Positions 1 to 13,360 of a DNA stretch of 64,000 bases are shown here, one piece after another. Position numbers and translations under genes: made by a program. The stretch lies in the NCBI RefSeq assembly GCF_009914755.1, contig NC_060935.1; one strand, given 5' to 3'. The first letter of the stretch is position 1. The number at the start of each line of letters is the position of its first letter. The stretch comes from the human T2T-CHM13v2.0 reference genome, Homo sapiens. The notes below the pieces were generated by a model. The model was not told the origin of the DNA. It made no database searches and saw only the letters and a list, made by a program, of their open reading frames with translations.

Positions 1-9
1 TAAATTTCC

Positions 10-85
10 TTTTATAAGAGCCTTACGGAAGAAAAGGAGGCTTGGAGAAACAAGTGACTTGCTCGAGGTCACACTGCTAGCTGTA
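10..85 (-). mobile_element. MIR fragment
   Basis: gaggcttggagaaacaagtgacttgctcgaggtcacactgctag resembles the reverse MIR core. Confidence 0.6.
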
Positions 86-959
86 TTCCTTATGGTGCCA
101 GTGTTAACAGGTTACACACTGCTTCTCAGAACAATTCTTGTTGGCAGTTACAATACAAATTGTGATAGGATTCAAGCCCTATCACAGGGTGAGTGGAAGG
201 ACCATTCACACAGATCTTGAATGCTAAAATAACATCTAGCCTTTGCTTGTCAGCCACTGGGAAGACATTGAAGTTTAAAAAATAAACTAGATCTGGGCTG
301 TATCTTAGTTTAGAGTATGTATATGTCCCTGTCAGCTTATACCTGAACTACAGAGACATTCTGAGAGTATTGAAAGTGTTCATCTGTCATTCAACTTTAA
401 ACTTGGGTCTTATTACTGTCCCTCACTGCATGTAGTATCATATAAATTAAAACACATTAAATACTTTTATTATTGTCTTGCCAATGACAAAATGAAAATG
501 CACTATTATGTTAAAAGTGTTAATTTATATAAGGCAAAAGTTATTACCATTTTTGTAATCGTATTTTGGGATTTCATTAAGAAATATACAAGGAGCCTTA
601 TAAAATAGAAATGACTTGGCAGGGACATGATCATGATGGTGTAGGCTGCACTTGGCACTACCCCAGGGAGCTCTTGTGGATGACTACAGTGAGCGTTCTC
701 ATTGTAATTACTGCAGGTTTATATTGTTATTATGGTGATTTTCAGGCAGATGACATTGAAATATTGTAAGTAAGAGATGCTTTGTTTCCCTTGTTTGTCC
801 ACGATTGCCGTTGCAGATAATAGTGATGCTATGTCCTGAGCTTCTCCTGAACACTGAGGTCCTGGACATATGTGCATCAATGTTAGTGTCAAAGATAGTT
901 TATGTATGCATCATCTCCATTTTCTAGTTTTTCTGGCTGTTTAATTGCTGTAAAATAGA

Positions 960-1110
960 CCAATATGCCATTCAACCAGCAATTTCTTTATCTAATAATA
1001 GAGTGATTATAATGGCACCTACTGCATATGATTGCTGATAGCATAAAATGAGATAATGAATACTTTCTAAACATAGTATTTTGTCCAATAGATGTTAACT
1101 CTTATAGTGA
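960..1110 (+). mobile_element. MIR 3' fragment
   Basis: tttctttatct…ataatggcacctactgcata…aaatgagataat…gatgttaact. Confidence 0.55.
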
Positions 1111-1494
1111 TCGCTTGATTTATTGATTTATGAAGTTGGCTCTGGGCTCAGTAGGTCAGAGATGAGAGTCTCGCTCTCCACATTACGATCAAGGACTTCT
1201 CTGGCCCTGGGTGAAATGGTGGTTTGCAGGGCTAACTCTAGGGGCATACCAAGAGAATAGAGGCACCAGGGGCATTTCCGGATGAGTGCCATTTATTAGT
1301 CTGTGGTTTATCAGTAGTGGAATTGCCAGTCATCTTACTGTGTTTAGTTCCCTTTGTCTTGATAGCGCAACCACTGTGCGTTTGTGTCTTATGTTTCTAC
1401 CCCCTCTCACAATACTATAGTTGGGAGAGCTTAGTGGCAAGCTGTGCATAGACCCAGAGACATTAAAAATACACTGTCCAGGATTTTCCTTTTT

Positions 1495-1742
1495 CAGTGT
1501 GATAATGGTTAAGCGCACATCCTCCAGAATTAGACTACCTGGTATTGAATCCTAGCTTTGCCATTTATTAGCAGAGTGACCCTGGACTAGAACTTGACCA
1601 CATAATATGTAGTTTCCTCAGTTATACAATGGGGGTAAGACATACTTATCTTTTATGGTGTAGGAATTAAAGGTGATAATTCATACAATATATTTATAAC
1701 AATATCTGGCACCTAAAATTAAATAAATGTTAACTATTATTT
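1495..1742 (+). mobile_element. MIR, near full length
   Basis: taatggttaagcgc…gaatcctagctttgccatttattagc…agtttcctca…tctggcacc…aataaatgttaactattatt. Confidence 0.8.
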
Positions 1743-1759
1743 CTGTGTTTACATGTTTA

Positions 1760-2610
1760 GCTATTCATCTAAATATTTATTGAGTACCTATAATATGTTC
1801 AACATTATTCTGAGTATTGGGGGGCACAATGAGCCACACTGTCATGGAACCCACATGCTAGTGGAAGAAATAGGTGACAAATAAAAAGTGAATAAATGAA
1901 CTCCATACTTTCAGGATGATGTAAAAGGTAGAGGTGACTTTTGAGTTGAGACATAAAAGGGACTAGCTTTGGTCAAAGTTTATTTTAGTCTGGGCACAGT
2001 GTCTCACACCTATAATACCAGTACTTTGGGAGGCTAAGTTGGGAGGATCACTTGAGGCCCCAAGTTTGAGATCAGCCTGAGCAACTAATGAGGCCCCACC
2101 TCTACAGAAAAATCTTAAAAAATTAGCCAGTTTTGGTGGCCCATATTTGTAGACTCAGCTACTCAGAAGGCTCAGGTAGGAAGATCACTTGAGCCCAGGA
2201 GTTCAACGTTACAGTGAACCATGATCACACCACTGCACTGCAGCCTGGGTGAGACTTTGTCTATTAAAAAAAAACCAAAAAACAAAAAACGATTTTCTAG
2301 TCAGGGGACAACAACAAATGCCCCAATGCAAGAAGGAATTTGAAACATTCAAAGAACAGATAGAAATTTGGCATTGTTAGAGTAGAATAGGGGACAGGAC
2401 AGGCAAGGTGATAGGAAACATGGGACAGGTCGTAGAAGAACCAGAAGAAAAAATGGATTTTATTCTAAATGTAACGGGAAAGCAAAGGAGCATTTTAAGG
2501 AAGAGAGGGGTATGACCTGATTTATGTATTTCACAAAAGTGGCTCAGGCTGTGGGAAGAGTGAACTTTGAGGAATGAGTTGAAGCAGGAACACCATCAAG
2601 CTGTTGGAGT
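1760..2610 (-). mobile_element. L2 3' region, interrupted by an Alu
   Basis: attcatctaaatatttattgagtaccta is the reverse L2 tail; L2-like sequence resumes after the Alu (tggattttattctaaatgtaacgggaaag). Confidence 0.65.
1987..2290 (+). mobile_element. AluJ
   Basis: Dimeric Alu with ggaggatcacttgaggccc / cacttgagcccaggagttc J-type diagnostics, heavy CpG decay and an A-rich tail. Confidence 0.92.
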
Positions 2611-3464
2611 TTATGTTTTCACACCCGTGAGCTTCTGAAGGGCTCATCTCTCCATTCTCCATTTTTCAGAATGCAATAGGTACTTAGTAACTGCCTATTG
2701 GATGAATAAATAAATTGAATGAACCAGGAAACTCTGTAAATTCCACGTATGACAGGTACCTTGCCCTCATCCCTTGTAGGCAGGGGCTGTGTCATACCCT
2801 AACACCTGACCAGATCTGTTTTGTTCTCAGTAATTGGAGTGAATATTCCTAAGGAAAGGAAAATGGCAAATGATTTAGAAAGAAAGGAGAGTGTTCTGTA
2901 TCTTTTTTTTTCAGCCTCTTGATTTTCAAACATTGAACCTAGTGACATTAAACAAAGTTTTTACTTTCTGTTTGGGCACATGAACTATTTTAGAATAAGA
3001 AGATTTTGTTTTTGCAGGATACTAAAAGCACTAGTATTTTCATTTACTAAATATTATCTTTACGTGTGGGGTAGGTAGCATTGGTAGAAGTCTTTTCAGG
3101 TCATCAATATAGTAGCTAAAAGATAAAATTTGGGCTGAGTCTGATACCGGAATCTTCACCCACCACCAGCAACAATCACCTATTGGCTTCTGTCGTTGGA
3201 TTAACTTAAACGGAAAGCTTGATGTACCCAGTTACACGTGGGAACTTCTTACTTCATCATTGTTGATCCTAGAAGCTTTCATTTCCTTTCATAATAATTC
3301 ATTAACCCTTTATCAACTTTTACCCTAAAATAGGTTCTAACTGAAGATAAAACTCAGTGTGACTTTCAGATAAAGAGCTTCTGATTTGAAAGGCAGATAG
3401 AAAAAACCTTGAATAGAAGAGAAAAAGAATGAATAACAAGTAGACTGTTGAGTCTTAATGGATC

Positions 3465-3774
3465 TTTTTTTTTTTTTTTTTTTTTGAGACGGAGTCTCAC
3501 TCTGTCGCCCAGGCTGCAGTGCAGTGGAACGATCTCGGCTCACTGCAACCTCCCCCTCCCCAGTTCAAGGTTCAAGTGATTCTCCTGCCTCAGCCTCCAG
3601 AGTAGCTGGGACTACAGGCGTGTGTCACCACGCCTGGCTAATTTTTCGTATTTTTTAGTAGAGACAGGGTTTCACCGTGTTAGCCAGGATGGTCTCGATC
3701 TCCTGACCTCGTGATCCGCACGCCTCGGCCGCCCAAAGTGCTGGGATTACAGGCGTAAGGCGCCACTCCTGGCC
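3465..3774 (-). mobile_element. Alu (AluSc/AluY-like)
   Basis: Poly-T then gagacggagtctc…; ttagccaggatggtctcgatctcctgacctcgtgatcc diagnostic; many CpGs retained; 7-bp internal duplication gttcaag-gttcaag. Confidence 0.95.
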
Positions 3775-4339
3775 CAGTGGAATGGTTTTAACTACATATA
3801 AAACTTATCTTTGACATTGGAGGTAGCAGAATGAAAATGTTCCTTTTATTTCATTGTCAAGAGCAAAACAAGTAGAATCAAAATTTTCACCAAACTTCAA
3901 GTGAAGAACAAGATAGGAAGAGGAAATTTTATGTTCATATCCTGGAACTTTTTAAGAAAATTTTTTTGTTTGAGTCGCCTTAGGTTTTGACTAAGGAATT
4001 TAATGCTGGTGTGATCTGAAAAGAAAAAAAAAAATATTTTGCTAGTTACTAGAGTTGCAAATTATAGCAGAATGCCAAAATTTATGGAAAGAGATCTTTA
4101 TTCTCTATTTTTCTATTATCATACTGACAAATATTATTATATGTGAATGAGAAATTATTATGTTAAGGCCAGTAAGAACTTCTTTGCTTTTCTCTAATAT
4201 CATTTATGAATGTTCAAAACCTGATGTCCTGGGAAGTTGTTTGGGACATAAGGTGCTTTAAACACCAGGGTCAGCTGAAATGCAGCAGGAAGGAGGGAGT
4301 ATGAGATATTGAGTCCAGGCGAATTGTTTCCCTTTAGAT

Positions 4340-4593
4340 TAGGAGTCAGCAAATTATGGCCCATGTACCAAACCTGGCCTCCTGACGGTTTTTTAAAAAA
4401 TTGATATGTATTAGTTATATAGCTGATTGTTTTTGTAAATCAGGTTTGATTGGAACATAGCCACACTTACTTGCTTATGCATTACCTATGGCTATTTTTA
4501 TGCTACAGTGGCATAATTGGGCAGTTGTGTCAGAGACGTGTTCCAGAAAGACTGTTACTATCTGGCCCTTTATAAGAAAACTGCTAATCCCTG
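4340..4593 (+). mobile_element. MER58-type hAT-Charlie DNA transposon (MITE)
   Basis: Ends taggagtcagcaaa … ctgctaatccctg; internal ttttgtaaat…ttggaacatagccacac and tactatctggccctttata. Confidence 0.8.
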
Positions 4594-4692
4594 TCATAGT
4601 GCAGATTTTAAAGTTTGCCATCCCTAATTCCCCAAAGCAAATTGTCTATCAGTCTTCTATGATGACAGCTTGTTTTCTGTGAGTCCCAGTAG

Positions 4693-4695
<3 letters not shown>

Positions 4696-4743
<48 letters not shown>
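4696..4743 (+). repeat. (TG)24 microsatellite
   Basis: Perfect dinucleotide run. Confidence 0.98.
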
Positions 4744-4746
<3 letters not shown>

Positions 4747-4889
4747 CACTGAATAAATTTTGTAGCTTCAATAAAGGCTATTGTTCTAGATTTTATGTAC
4801 CTGGCCATAGGAGTTTATAGATGACCACGACCATACCCTCCGGGACATAGAGAATGTGCTTCAAAAGATACATAGCAGCAGTTTGGGCA

Positions 4890-5125
4890 AAATAATAATC
4901 GTGATAGAAGTAAACTGATATTGACAGAGTGCCTCTGTATTGCTGGATCTGTGTTTCACAATGGTTTTTTTCTCATTATCATAATTACTATGCAAAGTAC
5001 AGTTAGAGTTTCACATGAGGAAAATAGGGAACTGAGGCTCTGAGAAGTTATTTTCTTAAAACAACAAATCTAGTGAGTCCAGACTCAAACCTGCCTTTGG
5101 CTCCAAAACCCATATATGTCCTTTC
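4890..5125 (-). mobile_element. MIR
   Basis: gaactgaggctctgagaagtta…agactcaaacctg…ggctccaaaacc. Confidence 0.65.
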
Positions 5126-6180
5126 TATCACCACATTTGGGCTCTTCTTGGGTAAATTATACACATAAGTCAGACAAATTCAACAGATTTGTATTGATAG
5201 CAACAAATCATTTTTTTCTTAACTTTACACACCATCTTATACTGCATGTAATCTTATGCTGCCTATACAGGTCAAGTGACTTTTTTTTAGCTGCGAAGTG
5301 AGAAAGTATTAGTTTCTTACCACGAACTGCTATTCATACCTCACGTCTAATTTTTTTAAAGTGTATCTTCAAAATGGTTATAGAGGGCAATGTTCATACT
5401 CTTTGGGAGATTTGAAACATAGGTAGAGTGAGACATACCCCATCAGAATTTTCATCAGCATTTAATTTTTCAAAGAGGTACGAAGTCCTTCAAAATGCCA
5501 CAGCTAAAGGTTGTTGGGGTCATGGGGAATTTGAGATCAATTATATGGGTAGCCTGCTACGATTTATCATTTGAAGATAGCATCTATGTGAATTTTAAGA
5601 GAGGCTAGTCAATATCACAGCACAGAGACAGGACACAGCCAGTATAAGAGTATTAGACATAAAAAAGAGAGAAGTGAAGCCTCCCTACTGTGGCCCCTCA
5701 TGAATGGGGGATGGGACATAGATAAAAATGCTGAGTGCTATTTTAGCATAATTGCTTAGAGTAAAGCAAGGCTAAGACAAGAATTACTTATTTTTCAGTA
5801 TAATAATTCAGTGTCTATCCTGAGCCAATAGAGGAATCAGATGTAATGGCTTACAAAAGTGAATCATGTAGTAGCCAAGTGGAAATTGGTTTAATTACAT
5901 TAATTTGTCTCATTTTTCATTCTCCAAGGTGAGTGAAAAGCTTTTATGAAAACTAACCAAAGTGCTAATCCCTTGAAATTCATCCAAACATTTAAATAGC
6001 ATTACATAAAATTATCAATTAGATTAGAAGGAAAAATAATTGTGGATGAATGTCTTCTCCCCTGTGGTGCATGTCTTCTCTCTTTGAATGGTTTCTTATG
6101 GACAGCAATGGTGGGCTATATATAATGAAACAAACCCCCCTCAGTAGGATGCATATTTGTACGGCTAACTATATAAATTT

Positions 6181-6720
6181 TGTCGGAAACAAATCAAAGA
6201 CCAAGACAAAATTAACAAAGGCTGTTTATTCGTAAACTTGTGGCAAGGTAATCCATCTGCCGTTATTTGTTTCTGCAAGCTGCAAAGATATCAGAAAGGA
6301 GAGTAAGTTTTATAGAATTAAAAGAGGAAAGATTGAGGCAGTCTCTGATTGGCAATCATTCTATAGGGTGCGATTTTAGGACGCAGAGGAGACTTTCTCA
6401 TTCATCTTTAGGAATATTGGTAGTCCTTGGTTGATGGCTAGGGAGCAAGCTAGCCATTTGGGGATATTTCAAAAGAGGAAGGATTGTTCAATCTTAGGGA
6501 TGGAGGACTTTCTGTGGTTGGCCATTTCCTGGAACAAGTGCGGGCAAACGAGGTGCTTTTATTGTGGTTAGGCTTTCGTATGGTGCTTATTTGAAAGTGA
6601 GGGTCTGCCATGGCAGGCAGTTTCTCAGTGATTTCTTACTAGCTATAGTGGAGGAGAGAGGCAGGGCTTCCTATGGACCATGGTGTATTTGTGAGCTATC
6701 TTCATCTCTTATTGGAGATT
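6181..6720 (-). mobile_element. Old solo LTR, family undetermined; right boundary approximate
   Basis: On the minus strand, in order: CCAATCAG (6345-6352), CTATAAAA (6308-6315), AATAAA (6225-6230) and terminal ACA at 6181, which is U3-R-U5 layout. Confidence 0.55.
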
Positions 6721-7514
6721 AGTTTCCATTTTGCCACTTCCTGTAGTTTGAGATGTACAATAATACAGAAAATAAATAGAGTCTACAAAGAAGAGGAATG
6801 GTCAAAGAATGGGTGTTAAATGGCCCAGAAACATTGGTCTCAGCTGGGTTTATAAAGGCTAGTTCATCTTTCCAGTATTCAACGACCTCATTTGTTGTTG
6901 TTGATGGTGAGGGTGTTAGCCACAAAATTATGGTTAACACTCATCTCTAGGAGGGTAAGCAAAATATAGTACAGCCATGATGTGGATCATACATAATAGA
7001 AAAAGGCATTGGGGTTCTCCCTATTTGCCTGTTCAGTGTTTATTTCTCTAGTTCTAACAGAGCTATTTTGGCTCTATTAAAAAAAGCATTTATGTTCATG
7101 GTGTGGCCATGTATTTCTAACAAGCAGCAGTGAACTTGGGGTCAGGGGTTTGAGATTTGGGCTCGGCTCTGTCACTTTGCAGCTGTGTGACGTTGAGCTC
7201 ATGGAAAGACCTGGTATATTGAGCAAGACAAATTAGGAGGGTTGAGAACAATGCCATAAATGCAGAGAGGTCTGCTTAAACTTTGGCTACCTCGACCTGC
7301 TTACTTTTCACTTATTTTTATGTGGATCTTAACAAATACCTTCATGAGTAAGGCTGATGGGGGATTCTTTCTGTTAGGTGAGATTTGAATTGAGGCAAAA
7401 CCTCCAGCTCCTTGGGAGGCAAATGAGAGCTTTACCCAGATATAGGACATATATGATTTTTCTTAATCAACTGTCCTATTATTGGATATAATCTCTTTAT
7501 GGATATCATATAAC

Positions 7515-7728
7515 TGAAAGAGCCTGGAGTGTCAAAACAAAATAGACTTGGATTTCAACCCTGGCTCTGCCATGTGCTAAGCATAAGAGCCTAGGAAACT
7601 TAACTTTTCAAACCTTAGTTTCCTTTTCTGAAAAATAAAAAATGCCTTGCAGAATCATGTAGATTAAAGATGATGAATACACATTTTCTGGCACATAATA
7701 GGTGTTTAATAAACTGTAGCTATTTTTA
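7515..7728 (+). mobile_element. MIR
   Basis: gacttggatttcaaccctggctctgcca…ccttagtttcctt…ctggcacataataggtgtttaataaa. Confidence 0.75.
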
Positions 7729-8264
7729 TATGACATAGATTTTGCCTCAGGCAACATCAGGAGGTCCATTTCTGGCTCAGTATCTCCTCAATGATAAATA
7801 TCCCCTTCTCTGAAGATCTTTTCTGGAGCTGGGAAATATATAACATTATCTGGTAGATTTTACCCCCTCTATTTAAACAGCCTAGATAAAGACCTCAGAA
7901 CATTTTTTGAGCATTATAAAGAATGCCTTGAGGAATTTCCAGCTAGTTAAAAACTGGCCTTTATATAACTCTGGTTTAAATAACTCAGTTATGTGAGAAC
8001 GGGGACTCAGCGAATAAAGTTATTTCTAAGCCAACAGCGAATGCATGGAAACATGGATAAAATGGATGATAATCTGAAAATTCATTTTCAACTTTAGAGA
8101 GCAGATATTTTTAAATTTTTAATGCATTTTCAACTAACAGACTAGGCAAATAGGGAAAATGATCATTCTAGGGTCTACTGTTATCTCACCATGCTTCTAA
8201 TTTTGATTTTGATTTTAATATATAACATATTCACCATACGTCTTATCCATTGCTGTGTTTGTTT

Positions 8265-8715
8265 ATCCAGCTATCCATCCATTCATCCAATTATTTGTCC
8301 TTAGTCATTTGTTTTTAAATGTTATTCAGCCCACATTCGATACTAGATTCCATGTGTGCTGAGGGTTAAAGATACAGAAATGTAAGACATCCCCTGTGTT
8401 TAAAAAAAATTCAGGCCATTGAAGTAGATGCATGCACAATGACAATGACAATATAATTGAACTTTACAGAATTTAACTTCATAAAAACTGAGAAGGGATG
8501 GTGATTCTTCTCTCAGGGTAGGCCCTAAGTCAAGGACGTGTACAAGGTACCATAGGGGGCCTAGTGTAAGGATGGAGGATGGGAAGGCAGAACTTTTTTG
8601 TGGAGTGAATCTCAAGATGGATTTTGAAGGATGAGAATATATTTGCTCAAGGAACAGGTGAGTAGAGCATCCCAGATGGAAGGAACAGGATGAGAAATGG
8701 CACCGAGTATTCCAA
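8265..8715 (-). mobile_element. L2 3' region
   Basis: catccattcatcc… start, gatacagaaatgtaagaca, ggattttgaaggatgag. Confidence 0.6.
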
Positions 8716-8904
8716 GGTGATGTGATTTTTTTAAAACACATAATATCTACTGGATGGCTTTTTCATTTTCTTGGTTCAAATCTGTCAATAGGACTCAGTA
8801 AGTAGTTCAGGATTTTGGTCAATAGCAGCTTGGATTAGAAGGGCAAGTTAGGTAGACTGAAAATATTCATGGTTAGTAGAAGGACAGTGGGAACAGTGTC
8901 TATA

Positions 8905-9140
8905 GGGACAATAGCTCAGTGGTTAAGGGTCAGCACCCTGTAGCTGGCTGACTAGCATTAGACCTGGATCTAGTAGGTTTTGGCTGTACAGTCTTAAGCA
9001 AGTTACTTAACTATTCTGTGCCTTAGTTTTTCCCATCTGTAAAATGGAATGAATAAAGATACTATTACATGAGGTTCTAGTGAGAATTAAATGAGTTAAT
9101 ACATGTAAAGGGTGTAGAACAATGTCTGGCACGTGGGAAA
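8905..9140 (+). mobile_element. MIR
   Basis: cagtggttaag…gcaagttacttaac…catctgtaaaatgg…attaaatgagttaatacatgtaaag. Confidence 0.85.
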
Positions 9141-11358
9141 TGTGCAGAAAGAAACTGTGTATTTCCTAAAATGATAATGATGATGATGATAATATATGCC
9201 CCCTAGAGAGGAGAAAAATTGAGGCCCATCTGCATTTTAGGTACAGCTCTAGGAAATTTACATACCTGATCAATTTGCTGTCAAAAAAATCCAGTGAGGG
9301 TATTTCTACAAAATAGCCATTTGTAGAAAAGGAAACAGACAAAATGAATGTGTGCAATGTTATTACATAGCAAGGTACAGAAGCTGAATCTACATCAAAG
9401 TCTACTTATCTATGGTTAATATTATGTGGAGACCTGAGAGCTAGAGAACTTGCTGATGGGAAGTAGTTGGGAGGCTTTGGGACCTAGAAGGCCTAGGGAT
9501 AGCTCTAGGATGATAGCATGTAAAGGAGAATCTAGATGCAGATGAACGCAGAAATCTAGGTGAACAGACAATTCTCTTCTAGGTGGTCTGGCGGGATCAG
9601 AGCAGAGAAGAGTCAGCTTGGAGTCTGGTATACAAGTCTTGTTTTCTGTGAGCAACAGGAACAGGGCTAGGCAGGCAGTGGAGAGCTACTGAATGTTTAC
9701 CATTGGTTCAGGGGTGGGAGGAGGAAAAGCCCGATTTGTAGTTTATTGATTTCTTTGGTGTAAATATTTCCATCAACAGGCCAATGTGAAATCACTGACT
9801 GTGGATTTGGGAAGACATGTGCAGAGTCAGCTTTCATGAGCCTGTGTGAACTTGGGGAAACATACCACTGAAGCCAGGGCCCCAGACTGAGATGCAAGAT
9901 GACAAACTGTAGGGATTATTCTGGTAACCCACAAAGTCCATCTTTGCCATTTGGGCAGAGTCCTACTGATTGATTGATTTTTTTTATTTTTATTTTTTTG
10001 TTATCATGATGCAGTCACTACTAGTTGTACTTCTTCTTTGGCCAACTCTCTAGCATTCAATTTGGTCCCCAACAAAGATTGTACTTGTCAACTGAACCAT
10101 ACACTGCCAGGTTCGTCAGGCCTTTCATATTGCCTCAGATCCTCTCCTGAGCCTCCTGTAGCCATACAGCCATCTCTGTTACTGTATTAGTTTGCTTTCA
10201 TGCTGCTGATAAAGACATACGAGAGACTGGGCAATTTACAAAAGAAAGAGATTTAATTCGAATCACAGTTCCATGTAGCTGGGGAAGCCTCATAATCATA
10301 GCGGAAGGCAATGAGGAGCAAGTCACGTCTTACATGGATGGCAGCAGGCAAAAAGAGAGAGCTTGTGCAGTGGAACTTCTGTTTTTAAAACCATCAGATC
10401 TCATGAGATTTATTCGCTATCATGAGAACTGCATGGGAAAGACTTGCCCCCATGATTCAATTACCTCCCACTGGGTCCTTCACACAACACATGGGAATTC
10501 GAGATGAGATTTGGTTGGGGAAACAGCCAAATCATATCATTCCACCCCTGTACCCTCCCAAATCCCATGTCCTTGTATTTCAAAACCAGTCATGCATTCC
10601 CAACAGTCCCCCAGAGTCTTAACTCATTTTAGCATTAACTCAAAAGTCCACAGTCGAAAGTCTCATCTGAGACAAGACAAGTCCTTTCACTAATGAGTCT
10701 GTAAAATCAAAAGCAGGTTAGTTACTTCCTAGATTCAATGGGGGTACGGGATTGGGTAAATACAGCCACTCCAAATGGAAGAAATTGGCCAAAGCAAAGG
10801 GGCTACAGGCCCCATGGAAGTCTGAAATTCATCAGGGCAGTCAAATCTTAAAATTCCAAAGTGATCTCCTTGGACTCCATGTCTCACATCCAGGTCATGC
10901 AGATGAAAGAGGTGGGTTCCCATGGTTTTGGGCAGCTCTGACCCTGTGGCTTTGCAGGGTACAGCCTCCCTCCAGGCTGCTTTCACAGGCTGGCATTGAG
11001 TGTCTGCATCTTTTCCAGGCACATAGTGCAAGCTGTTGGTGGATCTACTGTTCTGGGGTCTGGAGGATGGTGTGGCGCTCTTCTCACAGCCCCACTAGGC
11101 AGTACCCCAGTAGGGTCTCTGTGTGGGGGCTCCAGCCCCATATTTCCCTTCCACACCGCCCTAGCAGAGGCTCTCCATGAGTGTCCTGCCCCTGCAGCAA
11201 ACTTCTGCATGAGCATCCAGGCATTTCCATACATCTTATGAAATCTAGGTGGAGTTTCCCAAACCTCAATTCTAGCAAGCTTAACACCATGTGGAAGCTG
11301 TCAAGGCTTGGAGCTTTCACCCTCTGAAACCATGGCCTGAACTCTATGTTGGCTTCTT

Positions 11359-12096
11359 TCATCGGTGGCTGAAGAAGGCTGGGACACAGGTCACCAAGTC
11401 CCTAGGCTGCACATAGCACGAAGACCCTGGGCCTGGCCCACAAAACCATTTTCTTCTAGGCCACTGGGCCTGTGATGGAAGGGGTTGCTGTGAAGACTTC
11501 TGACATGCCCTGGAGATATTCTCCCCATTGTCTTGGGGATTAACATTTGGCTCCTCATTACTTATGCAAATTTCTGCAGCTGGCTTGAATTTCTCTTCAG
11601 AAAATGGGTTTTTCTTTTCTATCACATTTTCGGGCTGCAAATTTTCTGAACTTTTATGCTCTGCTTCCCTTATAAAACTCAATGCCTTTAGCAGCAGCCA
11701 AGTCACCTCTTGAATGCTTTGCTGCTTAGAAATTTCTTCCACTGGATACCCTAAATCATCTCTGTCAAGTTCAAAGTTCCACACATCTCTAGGGCAGGGG
11801 CAAAATGCTCCCAGTCTCTTTGCTAAAACATAACAAGAGTCACCTTTGCTCCAGTTCCCAACAAGTTCCTCATCTCCATCTGAGACCACCTCAGCCTGAA
11901 CCTTATTGTCCATATCGCTATCAGGCTTTTCATCAAAGCCATTCAACAGGTCCCTAGGAAGTTCTGACCTTTCTACATTTTCCTGTCTTCTTCCGAGCCC
12001 TGCAAATTGTTCCACCCTCTGCCTGTAACCCAGTTCCAAAGTCGCTTCCACATTTTTGGGTATCTTTTCAGCAGTGCCCCACTCTACTGGTACCAT
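11359..12096 (-). other. 245-codon open segment of the THE1 internal (MaLR gag-derived) ORF; expression unknown
   Basis: ORF track; ATG in context gtaaaATGG; the remaining MaLR ORF continues in frameshifted pieces at 10983-11234 and 10735-11031. Confidence 0.7.
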
Positions 12097-12240
12097 TTTA
12101 CTGTATTAGTTTGTTTTCATGCTGCTGAGAAAGACATACCAGAGACTGGGCAATTTAAAAAAGAAAGAGGTTTAATTGGACTTACAGTTCCATATGGCTG
12201 GGGAGGCCTCACAATCATGGCAGAAGGCAATGAGGAGTAA

Positions 12241-12547
<307 letters not shown>

Positions 12548-13360
12548 AGTCACATCTTACATGGATGGCAGCAGGCAAAGAGAGAGCTCGTGTAGGGGAA
12601 CTCCTCTTTAAAACCATCAGATCTCATAAGACTTATTCACTGTCATGAGAACAGCAAGGGAAAGTCTTGCCCCCATGATTCAATTACCTCCCAACAGTCT
12701 CTCCCACAACATGTGAGAATTGAGGATGCAATTTGGGTGGGGACATAGCCAAGCCATATCAGTTGCCTTTGCCCACTACCCAGATCACCAGGCCTTTTTA
12801 TGACTTACCCTCTTCTAGCGCCAATGTCCGGTTCTATTTTTGTGTGTCCTAGGAGCTGATTCTTCTCTCTGCCTGTTCTTTTCCCACCCACCACACTGTG
12901 TTCTTTGGAAACCTTATTGCATTGTAAAAAAACGTCCCCTACATCCTCATTGAACTCTTCACAGAATGTCCCTCTGTCTCTCAGCCTTTTTGAATTCCTT
13001 TGGGGATACAGCTCTCCTACAGCTCTCTGAGTGGAGGTTGTATTTTCTCCCAGAAGCAGCATCAACTTTTCCAAAGACAGCTTTGCTGCATCTAGAGTAA
13101 TTTCTTCCTTCCTCATACAAAACCCTTTCTCTTCTGAAGCCCCAGCCATCTGCTTATAACACCTGTTATCCCTTCTAATTGCTGTCAGTGACAAATCTCC
13201 TGGCCACTCCCCCTCATTTGTTGAGGTCTTTGGCACCTACCTGCTCAGGCTTTATCTCTATCATAAACTGTACCATCATTCTAGGCAGAAGTCCAGCCTT
13301 GAAGATTTCTATTTTGGGGACTACAATCATCTTCACTCCATACCACTTCCATATGCTCTT

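Noticed and set aside
1495-1600. tRNA-like A/B box sequences
   Set aside because: They are the tRNA-derived heads of MIR SINEs; no cloverleaf tRNA or other RNA gene was recognised.
8650-8665. CAG|GTGAGT as a recursive splice site
   Set aside because: No polypyrimidine tract upstream; it lies in purine-rich antisense L2.
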